Below, one piece after another: positions 47,331 through 60,149 of a stretch of 64,000 nt of DNA. Origin of the DNA: the human T2T-CHM13v2.0 reference genome, Homo sapiens. The translations under genes and the position numbers were made by a program. The stretch lies in the NCBI RefSeq assembly GCF_009914755.1, contig NC_060930.1; one strand, written 5' to 3'. Position 1 is the stretch's first letter. Each line of letters begins with the position of its first letter. The notes under the pieces were generated by a model that had not been told where the DNA came from, searched no databases, and worked only from the letters and a program-made list of their open reading frames with translations.

Positions 47331-49420
47331 AAATCTAACTAAAACTCATGGCTCAATAGATGGCCATTGCAGCTCTACACTGAGGTGGCTCAAAAGATTA
47401 TTTATGGGTGGAGTGTAGACTTTTCTGTAGAAAGCCCTTCTACATCTATACTATCAACAAAACATATATATATGATCAATGTCCCAAAGCTATACTATAG
47501 AATGCATGGGCACGTGTATGTGTGTGCGTGTAGATGGTGGTGGATATAACATATCCTGGAATATTTTCAAAGGAAGACTTGTCAGTTGCCTGTAACAGTC
47601 AGAGGGAGTTCTTAGTAGTTTGTTCAAGAAACGTCTGGTTTAGTGAAACTGAGCAACAGAGCTTCCCAGTGAAACTGCCAAGTTCCTATGTAACCACATG
47701 AATGATTGTTAGATGGAATTATTGAATATAAACTAATTAAACCAGGGAATAGCTGCCAAAAATAATGATTTTTATCTTTAGAATTATTGGTCATAACCTA
47801 TTCTTTCTAACACTCAGACAGCTGAACCAATTAATTTTCTATTACTGTTATTAGTTCATGACAATAAAACTTTGTCATCAGCATAGGAAAGGGATATTTT
47901 TCTTTCTCTCTGTAGTTGAAGACTGTGCGTTTAAATATCCTGAGGGGGTTTTGCTTCATTAAAATATGTTTAAGAGGTTTAAATTATAATTTGATCTTTT
48001 AGGAAGCTTTCTACGGATCCCACTTCTCACGGTGATGCTAAAGAGAAGGTTCTGTATAAGAATTGCCAGCTGGGGGGCATCCAGCTTAAACTAAAGCTCT
48101 TGGTTTGCAGAGTTGAAAGCTGAGGACAGTCAACAATCTTTCATTTATACCAAAATGACTGCCTGTGTGGCCAATACTTGTTATACTTTTGTCTTGACAA
48201 ATGTCTTCACAAGGTGATTAAAGTTTAACAGGGTCTACATTGAGATAGGGAACACTGAAAATTGCCAGCTCGACTCATGCTTTTTTAGCCTAAAAATTTA
48301 GAACTAAATGGACATATGGGTTATCTACAAACGTGACTGTAGTTTGAATAAGCAAAGGATTGTTTATTTTTACAAATGAGACAACTGATATTTCATACCT
48401 AGCTAGCAAATATCACACCTAGATGTAATAAAGACCAATTAATTCTCAAGAATTGAGAGCCATCAGTGAGAACAAACAAATTCATTTTCTGGATATGGTT
48501 TATAAAACAGAGAAAAATAAGTCTCCTAGGTGCTAGTAAGAATCCAGGCTTCTGCAGACTGTACCTGATCCGTGCCACAGATAAGTTCATCCCCAATTAC
48601 ACCTAGATGTTTAATATCTAATTAAATTGATAAATGTCAAAAAAAAGTTGTGTCGAAGAACATGTAATTAAGAAAATTCTTATCAATGTATATTTCATGA
48701 AAAACAAAATATTTAAATGAAAAAGCTTAACAAAAGCATATATAGTACGATCTTAATTTTTAAAGATGCATATATATGCCTGTAAAAACATTGATGAAGC
48801 ATTTGGAAAGGCATTTTATTTGTTTGTTTATTTTGAATAATTAAAGTGAGGGGAAATGGCCAACACCATTTAACTATGCTTCAAAATCCATCCTCAGGAT
48901 TATAGTAAGCAGATAGAGGCAAACTGTACTGTAGTCTCCAAACATGTGGCCCTCCAGAGATGGGTACAGGAATGAACATCTCCTCCATCTTCTCTCAAGT
49001 GCTATCTTGGTTTCTGTTTTTGATTCTTTTTGGTGAGGAGTTTTTAACAAGAGCTGACATAGCTGATCCTAGAAGAATGGCACGGGAGGAGATGGCCCTC
49101 TACCACACCGACCCTGGCAGAGCATGGTACTCTGTGGGTAATCAGTTCACACAGAGCAGTTTTCAACTGTACTGCAATTGTTTGTCTTCACTACCATACA
49201 GTTGTGCTCATTATTTCTCGATGTGCACATATCTGGAGAAGCCCAGAACTTCTGGCTCTTACATGGAGGACCCCAGTGCAGATGAACCATTTTCACTGAA
49301 GAAAGACATTAGGATTGGTTTGGGGAGGCGAAGTAATGTTTTTCCTTGTTGCTGTCTCTGTCATATGGTACATAGGCATATGGAAGGAAGGGTAACCACT
49401 CCTGACATCACTGTGAGCAT

Positions 49421-49480
49421 TGTGTGGGCATGTGTGTTTGTGCATGTGTGTGTGTGTGTGTGTGTGTGTGCGTGCTTGTG
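49421..49480. repeat. (TG)n microsatellite
   Basis: About 12 perfect TG units within a degenerate TG tract. Confidence 0.93.
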
Positions 49481-49619
49481 TTCATGGGTGCATGAGGGGG
49501 TATGAAGAGGATGTGGTGGCTTGGTCTGTAGGATCAAAGGGCTTGAGCAGCATGGGTGGACGTTGCCTGCACACACAGGGATAGAAAAAGGCATGTTTTT
49601 GTTTCTGGTGGTTGGGGCA

Positions 49620-50000
49620 GATGGTGGGCTCATTCCAGCCTCTGTGTGCTTCGAGAAATGAGAAATCAGGCAGCACAGGGAGCTGAGCGGGCCCGGAGCT
49701 GGTCCTGCTAGGTTATGAGTGAGTGAAGGAGTGGGCTGTGTGTGTGTTTCCAGCTTCTACTGTGGGAACGACTTCCATACAGGCCTTAAATAGGAAAACT
49801 ACTAGCAATTCTAGCTCAGTATCCTTTTTAGATATGCATGAGGAGAGAAAGTTGGGAGACACACATTCAGCTGGCAGGAAGTTCCTTTTTTGTGCCGACT
49901 CAGACATGGTTGAAAGCTGTCTCTACAGGACAGTACTCATGGCATTTTAGGCTGAAGCTTTGAAGCTTTGCCTCACTGCAGCTATTTATAGAGGAGCTGA
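49620..50000 (+). promoter_or_regulatory. Candidate enhancer or alternative promoter (muscle-type motif cluster)
   Basis: CATTCC 49631, GC-rich GAGCGGGCCCGGAG, donor-like TGA|GTGAGT 49718, CArG-like CCTTAAATAGG 49784, CAGCTG 49868, CAGGAAGT 49875 and MEF2 CTATTTATAG 49982. Motif evidence only. Confidence 0.35.
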
Positions 50001-53000
50001 TTTTTATAAGAACAGAAAGTGTATTCTTGAGGGCAAGCTTTCCTTTCTTTTAAGATTTCTTGAAAAGATTTAGAAAGGTTAAACAGTTACTACAGAATCT
50101 TATGGTAAAAGGCATAACACTGTTTAGAGTAAATAAGGGAGTCTTTATGAAAACACCATGATGCATATACAGTAGCTTCTGCATGAATCAAATTGTATGC
50201 TTTGAAAGCATAATTGATATTCTTAGGTGGGATGATGGCTTGGTCCTGTCAGTATACTGAATAGACCAGTGCCAGCCTGTAAGGGATAATGATTAAATCA
50301 AAAGAAATGACACCAGCAGAGGAGAACAAATAACCCATATTAGAATATCAGCATGAACTTGAGTTTGGGAATTATTTATAACCTTGAAATTCAAAAATAA
50401 TTTCTAGGGAGCACATATGAACACATACAGATGACTTGTCTCAGCATCTAATAGAAACTGCTTTTCACTGGTTTAAGTAAATGGTAATTCTTAGGTGGAA
50501 TTGTGTATCTCTGTTAGGAAGATTATGATAATTTGCTTGGTCTTGGAAATCATATGAATAAAAAAAGAGCACAATTCATAGATGGAGGGCCTCTTTTTTC
50601 TTCTTTCACTTTTTCTTAGCATATACATTTTAAAAAGTAACTATTTCAGAAAGCAAAATGAATACAAGTTATTGATAGAGTGTGTTGCAGAAGAATTTTT
50701 CTTTTTGAGCTTACAGTTCCTATGGGAAGGAATGCAGAATTCTTCTAGCTATTGAAAAGCATTGGAGTGTGATGGCAGAGCTTAAATAATGTCCTGTTTT
50801 TAGTCAGGGAAAGGGTTCGATATGTCCCTTGTGTACCACGGTGAGAACAAATATACAAATACTTACATGACATTGGGCTGTCTTCCTCTAAATGTTTTTG
50901 TTCTGTCAGTGGTGTGAAGGGGGGAAAAAGCCAGTAACTCATAAAAATCGCATTTCTCCATTTCATTTCAGGTGCAAGTTTTGTTCCTGAGATATATTCA
51001 AAGTGGTGAATAGGACAAAATATGTTTTGTGTTCCCATTCATCTTTAAAATAGCCTCTTGACACTGTTAGCTTGTGACCAGGCAATTACTTGGCACGTAA
51101 CCCATGCAGACACCACCCTTGACAGAATTAGAGGAAATTCTTCTCCAAGGATGAAGTGTTCTTGAACAATTCACTGGAAGCACTAGATACAAATTCGCTC
51201 TTTTTTCTATATCTCATGCATGCCAACTTGCTTGCTTACTCATTTTCATGTGTTATAAATGGTTTTGCTTGTTTCCTGTTTCATTTCCACAATTATCCCT
51301 TCCCTGTGGTTCACATCAGTTAAGCAGAAGATGGAGGTATTCCACACACTTGTAATTCAGGTCTTCTCAGAGCATTTTTTCTGGGTTATTTTAGAGGGTG
51401 CTTACATGGTGTCAGCAATAACCTACATAATTCTTCAAGTGTCATAACGTCTGTAAAAAAAAAAAAGCCTCCATTTAGCTCACTTTTCTTGCTGAACAAA
51501 ACGCGTTCTCTGAGCATGGATTATAGTTATAAAGAATAACATTTATTCCAGCCCAACCTTAGGCTTCCCTATGCTCAAGTTATAGAGTGAATGACTTGCT
51601 TACTTAGGGAGACTGTTAGCTGCCATTCTGGATCTTCAAGGGGTAGGGTAGAAACATCTTCAGCACCACCCCACCTCCCCAAATGACAGTACTATATGTG
51701 AGGAGAAGAATGGGGGTACAATCCTGAGAATTTCTTGAGAAGCACAATGCCCTAACTACTCCCACCTAACCTCCTGCCCAAGAAAACAGATACAGAGACG
51801 CTCATACCCTTTATCTGTAGTGTTGTGTCAAGGAACATTTTTAAGCTCAGTCTCCTGAACTCATTCTCTTGGTCTTGCCTATTCTCATTCTTTCAGACTT
51901 CTAGCTTCAGATCCCATTTTTCTACCTGGCCTTGGCCTTGATGCTTTAGACTTTCCCTTGCCTTCCGGCATACTCATGTCTAGGATGACTGCTCCTCTCT
52001 GATTTTATGTCCTGCTTCCATGGGTAATCTTTACCTCTGTGTGGCTTCAGATTTCTCCCTGCTCCTTACTGGTGCTCATCACCAGCAACAGCCTCAAGGG
52101 ACTGTGGCCAGGGTCAGAGTTAAAGGAAGGGGAGGCTGTAGAGAAAAGAAAATGCTTTTTCTTCATCCTCCTTTGTTCGAATCATGGCCATGAGTATCTG
52201 TAAGCTATGTGCAGAATTCTAGCAAGTTGTGCATGCCTGGAGAGATAGAGAGTTATAAGGAGGAGCTTTCTTACTCATTTACCTAAGACTCATTTTAAGC
52301 CTCTTTCCTTTCACTCTATAAAGTAGACCACTCTCTCATGATATCCATGAATTTATCTTTTACTCACGTGAGTGTGTCTCTGTGGCTTCTGTGTCTCAGT
52401 GACAGTTTGGGAAGGATTGATCTAAGGTTGCATTCCCTGTTTGCCTTCCGTGGCTTTCCTTGTGCTCTGTTTTCACCATAGCAAGGGCAGGACCACCAGA
52501 CAGTCATCCCCAAAGCAAGCCAACGTCAAGAGGAGAACTTGAAAAGGTCTGTCCACTGGGAATGTGTTCATAGGTGGTCACTCTTCACCACATCTTCTTA
52601 CACAGTGCTTACACAGTGCCCTGTTGTGCTCTCCTGAGGGACACGGGCATGTGGAAATCAGGAGCCAGGCAAACCAGCACAGAAAGCACTCATGGTTATT
52701 ACAAAAGTGGGGTTCAAAGCCTCACAACATTTTAATATTACAAAGAGTTAGATTTTAGCGTTCTATTGCTTCAAAGATTATAAAATGAAAGTCTTCTTCT
52801 GCACTGTTATAATAAGCATGGATCTTTTGAACATATTGGGCAGACTTCAACATAAATGATGATAGTGGTCTCATTCCCCTGTTAGAAGTTTTATCTTGGA
52901 ATCTGAGAATCATTAAATTATTATACAGTTCAGAGTGGTATTGAATCCATTTATTTTTGCAGCACCAGAGCCAAAAAAAAGTCTTTTAATGCCTTCCTAA

Positions 53001-54099
53001 AGACTCCCACTAGTAACAGTTTTAAATAAGGTGAAAATATATTTGTGTTATCTAAAGTTTTAGATTAAGTTTGCTTTGGAAAGATCTCTCAAAAGAAGAA
53101 TTGTTTGAAGCTTCTAGTTGATTTAAAATTTATTTTATTATAATTTCAAAGGAGTTATCATTTTTTACCACTTACCCATGGCACAGAAGACATTAGCATT
53201 CCCAGGCAATGTTGGTAAGGTTAGGTTTTCAATGTGAGATGCATACTGATAAATAATGCAGGTTCTTTCTCTTATCTCTATTAGTAGAGATGGCTTAGTG
53301 GTATTGAGACTACAGGAAAATTATAAGTTGATATAACTCTGACAGAGGATAGCCCCCTGCAAAAAAAGTTGACTCATAATCTCTACTTTGGAATTGACGC
53401 TTTAAATCCATTCCAATCACTGTTAGCCACACTTACGCTGATCTGTTAAAAAAAAAAAGTTGAAAGCACTGTTGTTTGAGTGATTCGATACTAATTTTTG
53501 GAACAATTGCTATATATGTCAGGGACTGTGCTGGGCCCCAGGGATAGAGCAGTGAACAAAAAGACAAGAGCCTGCTCTCATAAAGTTGTGAAACAACATA
53601 CTTAGACGACTCAAAGCCAAGAATCAAATAAACCCTACTGGTTTTCTCCAGATGTTTTTGTCCTTGCCTTTTCCCCCCTCTAATGAACTCCTGGCTCTAG
53701 ACCCAAGCATTGGCTCCCACCATTTGGGAGCCATACCATATTTGAAGCTTTGCCACTCACCTCTGGGCATTAAGGATCTTTGCACAATTTACCACTTTCA
53801 GTTTTGCACTTCTCTTTGACTTCTGCTTCCCACATTGCTTCAGGCTAGGACTTACTGCAGGTGACCCTGGCCCTAAAAGACCTACCCGTTTCTACCTCCC
53901 CATGCCCTGACACCCAGAAATCTTGGCGCCTGCATGGTGATGGTTTCTGTGACCACAGAGTCCCCTTGGAAGTGATGTGGATCTGTCTCTACTTCCATGA
54001 TTGCAGCTGGGAAATTACATGGAGAAATTTGGGGGACTGTAGCTGAAACCCCACCATGACAGATATTCAAATATGAGACAATAATGCAAGGATGACAAT

Positions 54100-54478
54100 A
54101 AATTGGAAGAAAAACTTCTGAGAATTGTTTGATTTGCCCTCCTGATAGTTTCATTTCTTATAAATAAAAAGGGGAGCTGCCATCTTGGATCTAATTCTGA
54201 TGAATAAGGGAAGAAGCTGTTGCTGAAGTGGAAGTGACTATGTTATCCTATATGTACTAACCAGAGGAAAGAGCCCTCAACTTCTGGGGAGAGGCGGATT
54301 TTTCAAAAAGCAAAATTCTAAAACCTAATATTCCAGAAGGGATCCAAGAGGCATGAGTGGCTCTTAAAAATAAAATTTAAAAAATAAGATAAAATAAAAT
54401 TCTGATAGTCCTGCAAGAAATAGTTCTTATAAGGGATAAAAGTTAGTCATCTAAAGAAGTAGGGAGCTCTCAGGTGAG
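54100..54478 (+). mobile_element. L3/CR1 fragment (endonuclease region)
   Basis: CTGCCATCTTGGATCTAATTCTGATGAATAAGG...TGAAGTGGAAGTGAC, a CR1 LDLILTN-like motif. Confidence 0.7.
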
Positions 54479-54818
54479 CTCTCATCTTGAACTGTAGTTC
54501 TTATAATCCCATGTGTCGTGGGAGGGACCTGGTGGGACATAATTGAATCATGGGGGCAGTTACCTCCATGCTGTTCTCATAATAGTGAGTTCTCACGAGA
54601 TCTAATGGTTTTATAAGGGGCTTTTCGCCCTTTTACTCGGCACTTCTCTTTGCTGCTACCATGTGAAGAAGGACGTGTTTGCTTCCCCTTCTGCCATGAT
54701 TGTGTTTCCTGAGGCCTCCCCAGCTCTGTGGAACTGTGAGTCAATTAAACCTCTTTCCTTTATAAATTACCCAGTCTCAGGTATGTTTTTATTGGCAGTG
54801 TGAGAACAGACTAATACA
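54479..54818 (+). mobile_element. THE1C-like LTR lacking about 30 bp at the 5' end
   Basis: CTCATCTTGAACTGTAGTTC...GTGAAGAAGGACGTGTTTGCTTCCCCTTC...GTGTGAGAACAGACTAATACA. Confidence 0.9.
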
Positions 54819-54984
54819 GAACATAAACCTGTTCTTGGAATCTAAAGTGAGTGTAGATAATGAGTAGCTGTTTTATCAAGCCATGTCTTTCCTACTCACC
54901 CTTGTTCAGTTTACTTTGTTTGCCCTTTAATGGTTCCTCTGGCTTTTGATTTCCTTCTGCTTGTGAATTTACCTATGTATTTAA

Positions 54985-55032
54985 ATTTCTCTCTCTTTCT
55001 CTCTCTCTGTCTCTCACTCTCTCTCATCTCTA
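54985..55032. repeat. (TC)n-rich simple repeat
   Basis: Interrupted TC dinucleotide tract. Confidence 0.85.
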
Positions 55033-55789
55033 TATTTGTTTCTTGGAATATCTCTCCTTGGATTTCAAACCTACTTCAACCTATATTTGCATGTGATCTC
55101 TTTCTCTTTCATGGTCTTGGTATACTCCTGGTACCATACTTACACTTTATTGGTTTCTTCTTCCCCTTCCCTAACCCTTGCTCCCTGTTGTGATGGCCAG
55201 AAAGACTCTGCAGAAAGACTGTGTCCTCAGTAGGGGTGGGGGACTGAAAGATTCGGAAGCTTTCTACAGTGATGCTTCCTTCTCATCAACCCTACCATGC
55301 CAGCTCCACTTTTTACATTCAAACACTTACCTGAAAATTTAAAGATAAATTCAAGAGTGAATTCATTCACTTTACAAAGTAAAGAGGGATGAGAGTCCCT
55401 TTAAGTAGCATCTTCTCAAGTGTTTGTTTACAGATCATTAAATATTTAACTTAGTAAGAAACTAAAAGCTGAAAATGTTCCAAACCACTGTTGATTAAAT
55501 AGAAAACTGGAATTAAGATAAGGCAAATCTGAAATTGAAATAACAACCAATTTGAAATTTTCATGTTATTAGACAAGAAGTTAAAATACTTGACTGTCTG
55601 GTTCAACAGGGGACATCTGGCAAGCCCAGGTCTTGCCTTTTCTGGCAACTGAGACCTGATGTTGAGCTTTTGGGTCATTCTGAAACCTGTACTGCATCTC
55701 TCCAGGGCAGAGGGTGCCTGCTCCATTCTTAGCCCTGCTCCCTACCCGCTTTTGTGTCTTCACCCTTGGCCAAGATACAAACGATTGAA

Positions 55790-56240
55790 GGATGAGCTAG
55801 TTTCCAAGGATGAATATTGCTAACGTGGCTAAAAATACAAGAATATAATCAGCAAGTCTAATCCGCATCATAAAAGTGCTAAAGATAATATAAAAGGATG
55901 TCCAGAACTGTACCTTGAACCAAAGAATGAGGAAGAAATAAAGGCTTGATGGAGTAGAGATGGGTGGGGTAAGGCAAAATGATTGAGAAAACAGAACCAC
56001 TCAACTTTGAATTCACCTTCGTCTACTGTAGCAAGGAGAATGATCTTCAAACTGGAAAGAACAAAGCAAACATAGTTAAGAAGGAACAGAAACCCCAGAT
56101 AAGGAAAGTGATAGTGAGAAAACACTTAGCTGACAAAGCATTCAAGTCTGTGGATAAACTGCGTTCTAGTAGAATTACAGTGTTTACAAAACTACTCTTG
56201 GTAATTGTGGAGAATTTATGAAGAGAGATACAGAAAGACT
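55790..56240 (+). mobile_element. L3/CR1 fragment
   Basis: GAGAAAACAGAACCACTCAACT...CAAGGAGAATGATCTTCAAACTGGAAAG...GATAGTGAGAAAACACTTAGCTG...TTCAAGTCT. Confidence 0.78.
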
Positions 56241-57349
56241 AGATGGATAAACATCTTAATTTTTTTTGTTTTTTTTGATATTGTACTTGATATTATATTT
56301 GGTGTCTGTTATATATACAGCAAATTGCAAAAATAGATGATAGAAATATATATTATATCTAATATAATGTATATTAGGCACCCTGAAACATGTTATGAAA
56401 AGACTAGCTCCAAAAGATGAGAGGGCACTGGTCATGTGGAGCAGTTGTCCTGGCGACGGTGTTGCAGAGACCTCATGTTGAATTCGTGTCTGCTTGTCCA
56501 TCATCTGAGCACAGTGCTCATCATGTTGCCCCATCTTAATGGTTAATGAGGGGAGAAAGTGGATTTTAGACACTAAAGACAGATTAATTTGAAATCAAGA
56601 TCTAGAAAGGGACATAATGACTCCTAGTATCAGCATGGATTTAGAAAGTATTTTGTTTCCTTTTTTCTATGTGAGTATTTAATTTCTTTTTATAAAAATT
56701 GCTGCACACTATGCCATTATTTACTTTACTGATTCAGGCATTTGATAAATACATACATATGAAGTACTTACCTGGCTCTGAGTCCAAGTATGGGAGGACA
56801 GAGATAATCAGACCCTGACTTTGACCTTGAGACCTCCCAGTCTATTTGAGAACATAAGGAATTGTGAAGAACAGAACAGATCTGGGTCAGTAGATGATGA
56901 CTTTGGTCTTTGGGTGTGGTGATTTTGAGGTGCCATGGATCTCCAGGTTGGGATATCTAGTAGTCATTTGGAGATGTCTGGAGCTCTGGACAGAGCTCTT
57001 GTCTGGGAATATAGGTAGGAGGTAGGTAAAGCTGTGGTCATGTTGAGAAGAAATGAGAGTGAATTATGGAAAGGGCTCAAAATATAGGTATCAGGAGAGG
57101 AGCCCGTTACTGTGACTGAGACAGAATCAGCAGAAAGTTAGAAGGACCATGAAAGGCTGCCAGGTGGAAACCAAGGGAAGTGAGACCATCACAAAGGAAA
57201 GGATATGGAGGTTAGAAAGATGAATTCTGCAGAGTCTACTACTTCCAGAATTAGATCATTGATGGTCTTAGGTAGGACAGCTTAGTGGAGTGGTGAGGAC
57301 AGCAGCCAATAGCAGTAACCTAAAGAGCGATGGATGTGAGAAACTAAAG

Positions 57350-57750
57350 TGCCATGGTTTGGATGTGGTTTGTCCCCACCAAAACTCATGGTTAAATTTA
57401 ATTGTCAATGTGGTGGTTTTGGGAGGTGGGGCCATTGAAAGATGATTAGGTTGTTGAGATAGATTAAGTCTTTCTTGAGAGACTGGATTAATTTCTGCAG
57501 GAGTGGGTTGTTATAAAGTGAAGTTGCCTCTCACGTTTTGCTCTCTGCATGTGTCCATTTCCTCTTCCTCTTCTTTGCCATGATGTGATACAGCATGAAG
57601 CCCTCACCAGAAGCCAAGCAGATGCTGATGCCATGCATCTTGGACTTCCCAGCCTGCAGAATCATGAGCCAAATAAACCTCTTTTTAAAAATATGTAAAT
57701 TACCTAGTCTCATGTATTCTGTTATAGCCCCAAATAAATGGACCAAGATC
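57350..57750 (+). mobile_element. MSTB/MSTC-type LTR
   Basis: TGCCATGGTTTGGATGTGGTTTGTCCCCACCAAAACTCATG...CTCACCAGAAGCCAAGCAGATGCTG...GAGCCAAATAAACCTC. Confidence 0.87.
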
Positions 57751-57879
57751 TGGAGAGAGTGAATGAAGATTTTTATGGTCTTGGTTATGAAGGTTAGAGT
57801 AGGGCATGAGGTAGATGGAGAGATTTTTTTCTTTCAAATGATGATACAGATGTAGTCATTTTCTAATAGATAATGCAAA

Positions 57880-58113
57880 TACAGCTTCTGTTTATTGAAT
57901 ATTTAGGCATTGTGCTGAGCATTTTACCTACATTATACCATTTAATCTTCATACCATCTGTGGAGGTAGGTACTATCATTCTCAGTTTATAGATTAAAAT
58001 ATTGAGGCTTAGAGATGGTAAGTCATATGACCTCAGTACACAGATTGGAAGGGGCAAAGCAGGGCTCCAAACTCAGATTTCTCTGGTTGCAAATCTCTGT
58101 TTGTACTCAATAT
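57880..58113 (-). mobile_element. MIR
   Basis: TTTATTGAATATTTAGGCATTGTGCTGAGC...GAGGTAGGTACTATCATTCTCAGTTTATAGAT...GAGGCTTAGAGA. Confidence 0.82.
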
Positions 58114-58119
58114 GCAGAG

Positions 58120-58392
58120 CAGTGGTTCTCAAACTTTAGCATGTATGAGAATTACCTGGAGATAAATACCTGTTGAAACACAGACTGATGGGCCCTAGCT
58201 CTGGAATTTCTGATTCAGTAGGTCTGAAGTGGGGCCTGATAATTGTGCATATCTAACCAGTTCCAGGTATGATTCTTGTCTCAGGACCACACTTTGAGAA
58301 ACACTAGAAATGCAAACTCTTGGGTCCTAGCAGTCTGTATTTTACCAAGTTTTCCAGATGATTCTGATGCATGCTAAAGTTTGAGAACCACT
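58120..58392. mobile_element. MER5A plus an inverted partial MER5A
   Basis: CAGTGGTTCTCAAACTTTAGCATG...GGACCACACTTTGAGAAACACT (to 58305), then a second copy ending CATGCTAAAGTTTGAGAACCACT. Confidence 0.87.
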
Positions 58393-58759
58393 TTCCTAAG
58401 GTAAAGAAGAAGTTGGTGGAAAGAAGGATGTGGAAAATAAAGGAGAAGAAAAAGTGATGCATAGAGGACCTGGAGGGGATGGGAAGTGCTGGGATTCATG
58501 ACACAGGTGGACCTGGCAAAAAGAGTGAACTAGTTCTGAAGTGGGATGAGGTGGAAAGAGGGGATGAGGATTTGCAAATGCCTGAGAGAAGACTGGGGAC
58601 TGGAAAATGGAGAGCAGTGCTATGGCTTTCAGTGTTTCAGGATTTTAGCAAGACACTTGACAGTACCTCTTTTGATATTTGTTTTGGAAGGTGAGGAAAT
58701 GAGAACTCACTGAGAGTGTATTAAGTGGCTTTGAAGCTGGCTGTCTCCTAGAAGAAACT

Positions 58760-59000
58760 TTCAGGGATGTGCCACTACGTTCTGTCGAACTTTTAATCAA
58801 CCAGTGGCAAAGCACAGAAAGTACACTCTTCAAATCTGAAGATGACATGAAGCTGGGAGCAATAACTAATTACTGGACAGCAGAGTCAGGATTCAAAAAG
58901 ATACTGACTGGCTGGACTGATGGGCCAAATGAAACAAGATGAAATTTAATAGGTATAAATGTAACTTCCGGCACTTAAGTTTTTAAAAAAATCAACCTTA
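58760..59000 (+). mobile_element. L3/CR1 RT fragment
   Basis: AAATCTGAAGATGACATGAAGCTGGGAG (degenerate KFADDTKLG)...CAGGATTCAAAAAGAT...AACAAGATGAAATTTAATAGG. Confidence 0.8.
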
Positions 59001-59609
59001 CCATTAGAGGGGAAATTTTAGGAACCTGAGGCCAGTAGCTCAGGCAGCTCAGAATTGTATTAGCCTTATGGCTGCCTGGTTTAGCCTTAAATCTGGGTTC
59101 TATAACAAAATTATTGACTTATTCCTTATGCCAAATTCTTTCCTTGTCACCTACCTCTGGTAACATTTAACCACCTTTTGTTCCTGTGTCTCCACGTGTT
59201 CCACACTCCTGACCTGGTTTTTCTGTTCCTAAGTTTTTCTGGAATCAGAGTTGGCCTTTACTCTTGCCATTCTTTCCAGAGCCCACAGTCTTGGCCTGAA
59301 CTCAAGTGCCCACATCTCTCTAGGATTTCAGCCCCTGGGGATGCCTGACCTCCCAGATACCTATCACATCTCTTCACGTCTTAGTGTGTTATCTGTCTGT
59401 GATGCATCGTAGCTGTTGCCAAAACTGTGTGGGTCCTATTGCTACTTGGCAGTATTTCTGACATCACCTGCTTGCCTGCCACTTGCTCTTGTTTTCTGCT
59501 GTTGGGTCCACCCAAAGCTACAGGAAATACATAACTGTAGAGATTTCTAATGAAGTTTCATTTTGAATGAGTGGGAGCTTTAGTTTCAACTTATGTGTAA
59601 TTGCTCACA

Positions 59610-59826
59610 AAAATAAAATCTTGTACTCATATTGCGCTGTAAAATTTATGAAGTACTTTCATGTATTTTTTTTTCATTTAAATTTGACTGTAATCCTGTA
59701 GATAGGTTTTGGAATCTTCATTTTACAGCTGAGGAAATTGGAGCTCAGTATGGTGAAATGACTTGCCTAAAGCCACACAGCTACTAATTGGTAGAACTGG
59801 GATGGAAACCCAGGCCTTCTGATGCC
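59610..59826 (-). mobile_element. MIR
   Basis: Core CATTTTACAGCTGAGGAAATTGGAGCTCAG...TGACTTGCCTAAAGCCACACAGCT. Confidence 0.85.
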
Positions 59827-60149
59827 AGCTACCGCCTCACATCTGCACCTGTTAATCAACTGTTTGAAAACTTGGTTTTTCTCCCAAGTATTAGCTTTTT
59901 CTAAAGACACATATATTGTGAGAGTGTCAAGTAGATAATGACTCCAGTGCGTTCAAGTACTGCAAGGCCTTGAGAAGGGATTACCAAGTATGACATATCA
60001 GAGGGTTTTTTAAAATTATTATTTAACACATCAGCAACCACATCACACTTAAACTCTCAGTAACTAAAATAGATAATTGTCTTAAGGAAACATAAGCAAT
60101 GCAGCTTAGTTCAGTGGTGAGACATCATTCATGTTTCTCTGGTTCTTGT

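Larger units (their letters stand above)
56720..58700 (-). mobile_element. L2 (fragmented, interrupted by MST, MIR and MER5A)
   Basis: CAGACCCTGACTTTGACCTTGAGACCTCCCAGTCTA, TGATTTTGAGGTGCC...GATATCTAGTAG and GGAAACCAAGGGAAG. Confidence 0.65.

Noticed and set aside
48960-49505. 181-aa ATG ORF with a hydrophobic N-terminus
   Set aside because: No recognisable homology, and it runs into a (TG)n microsatellite (VCVCVC). A chance ORF is plausible, and without conservation or ribosome profiling it cannot be supported.
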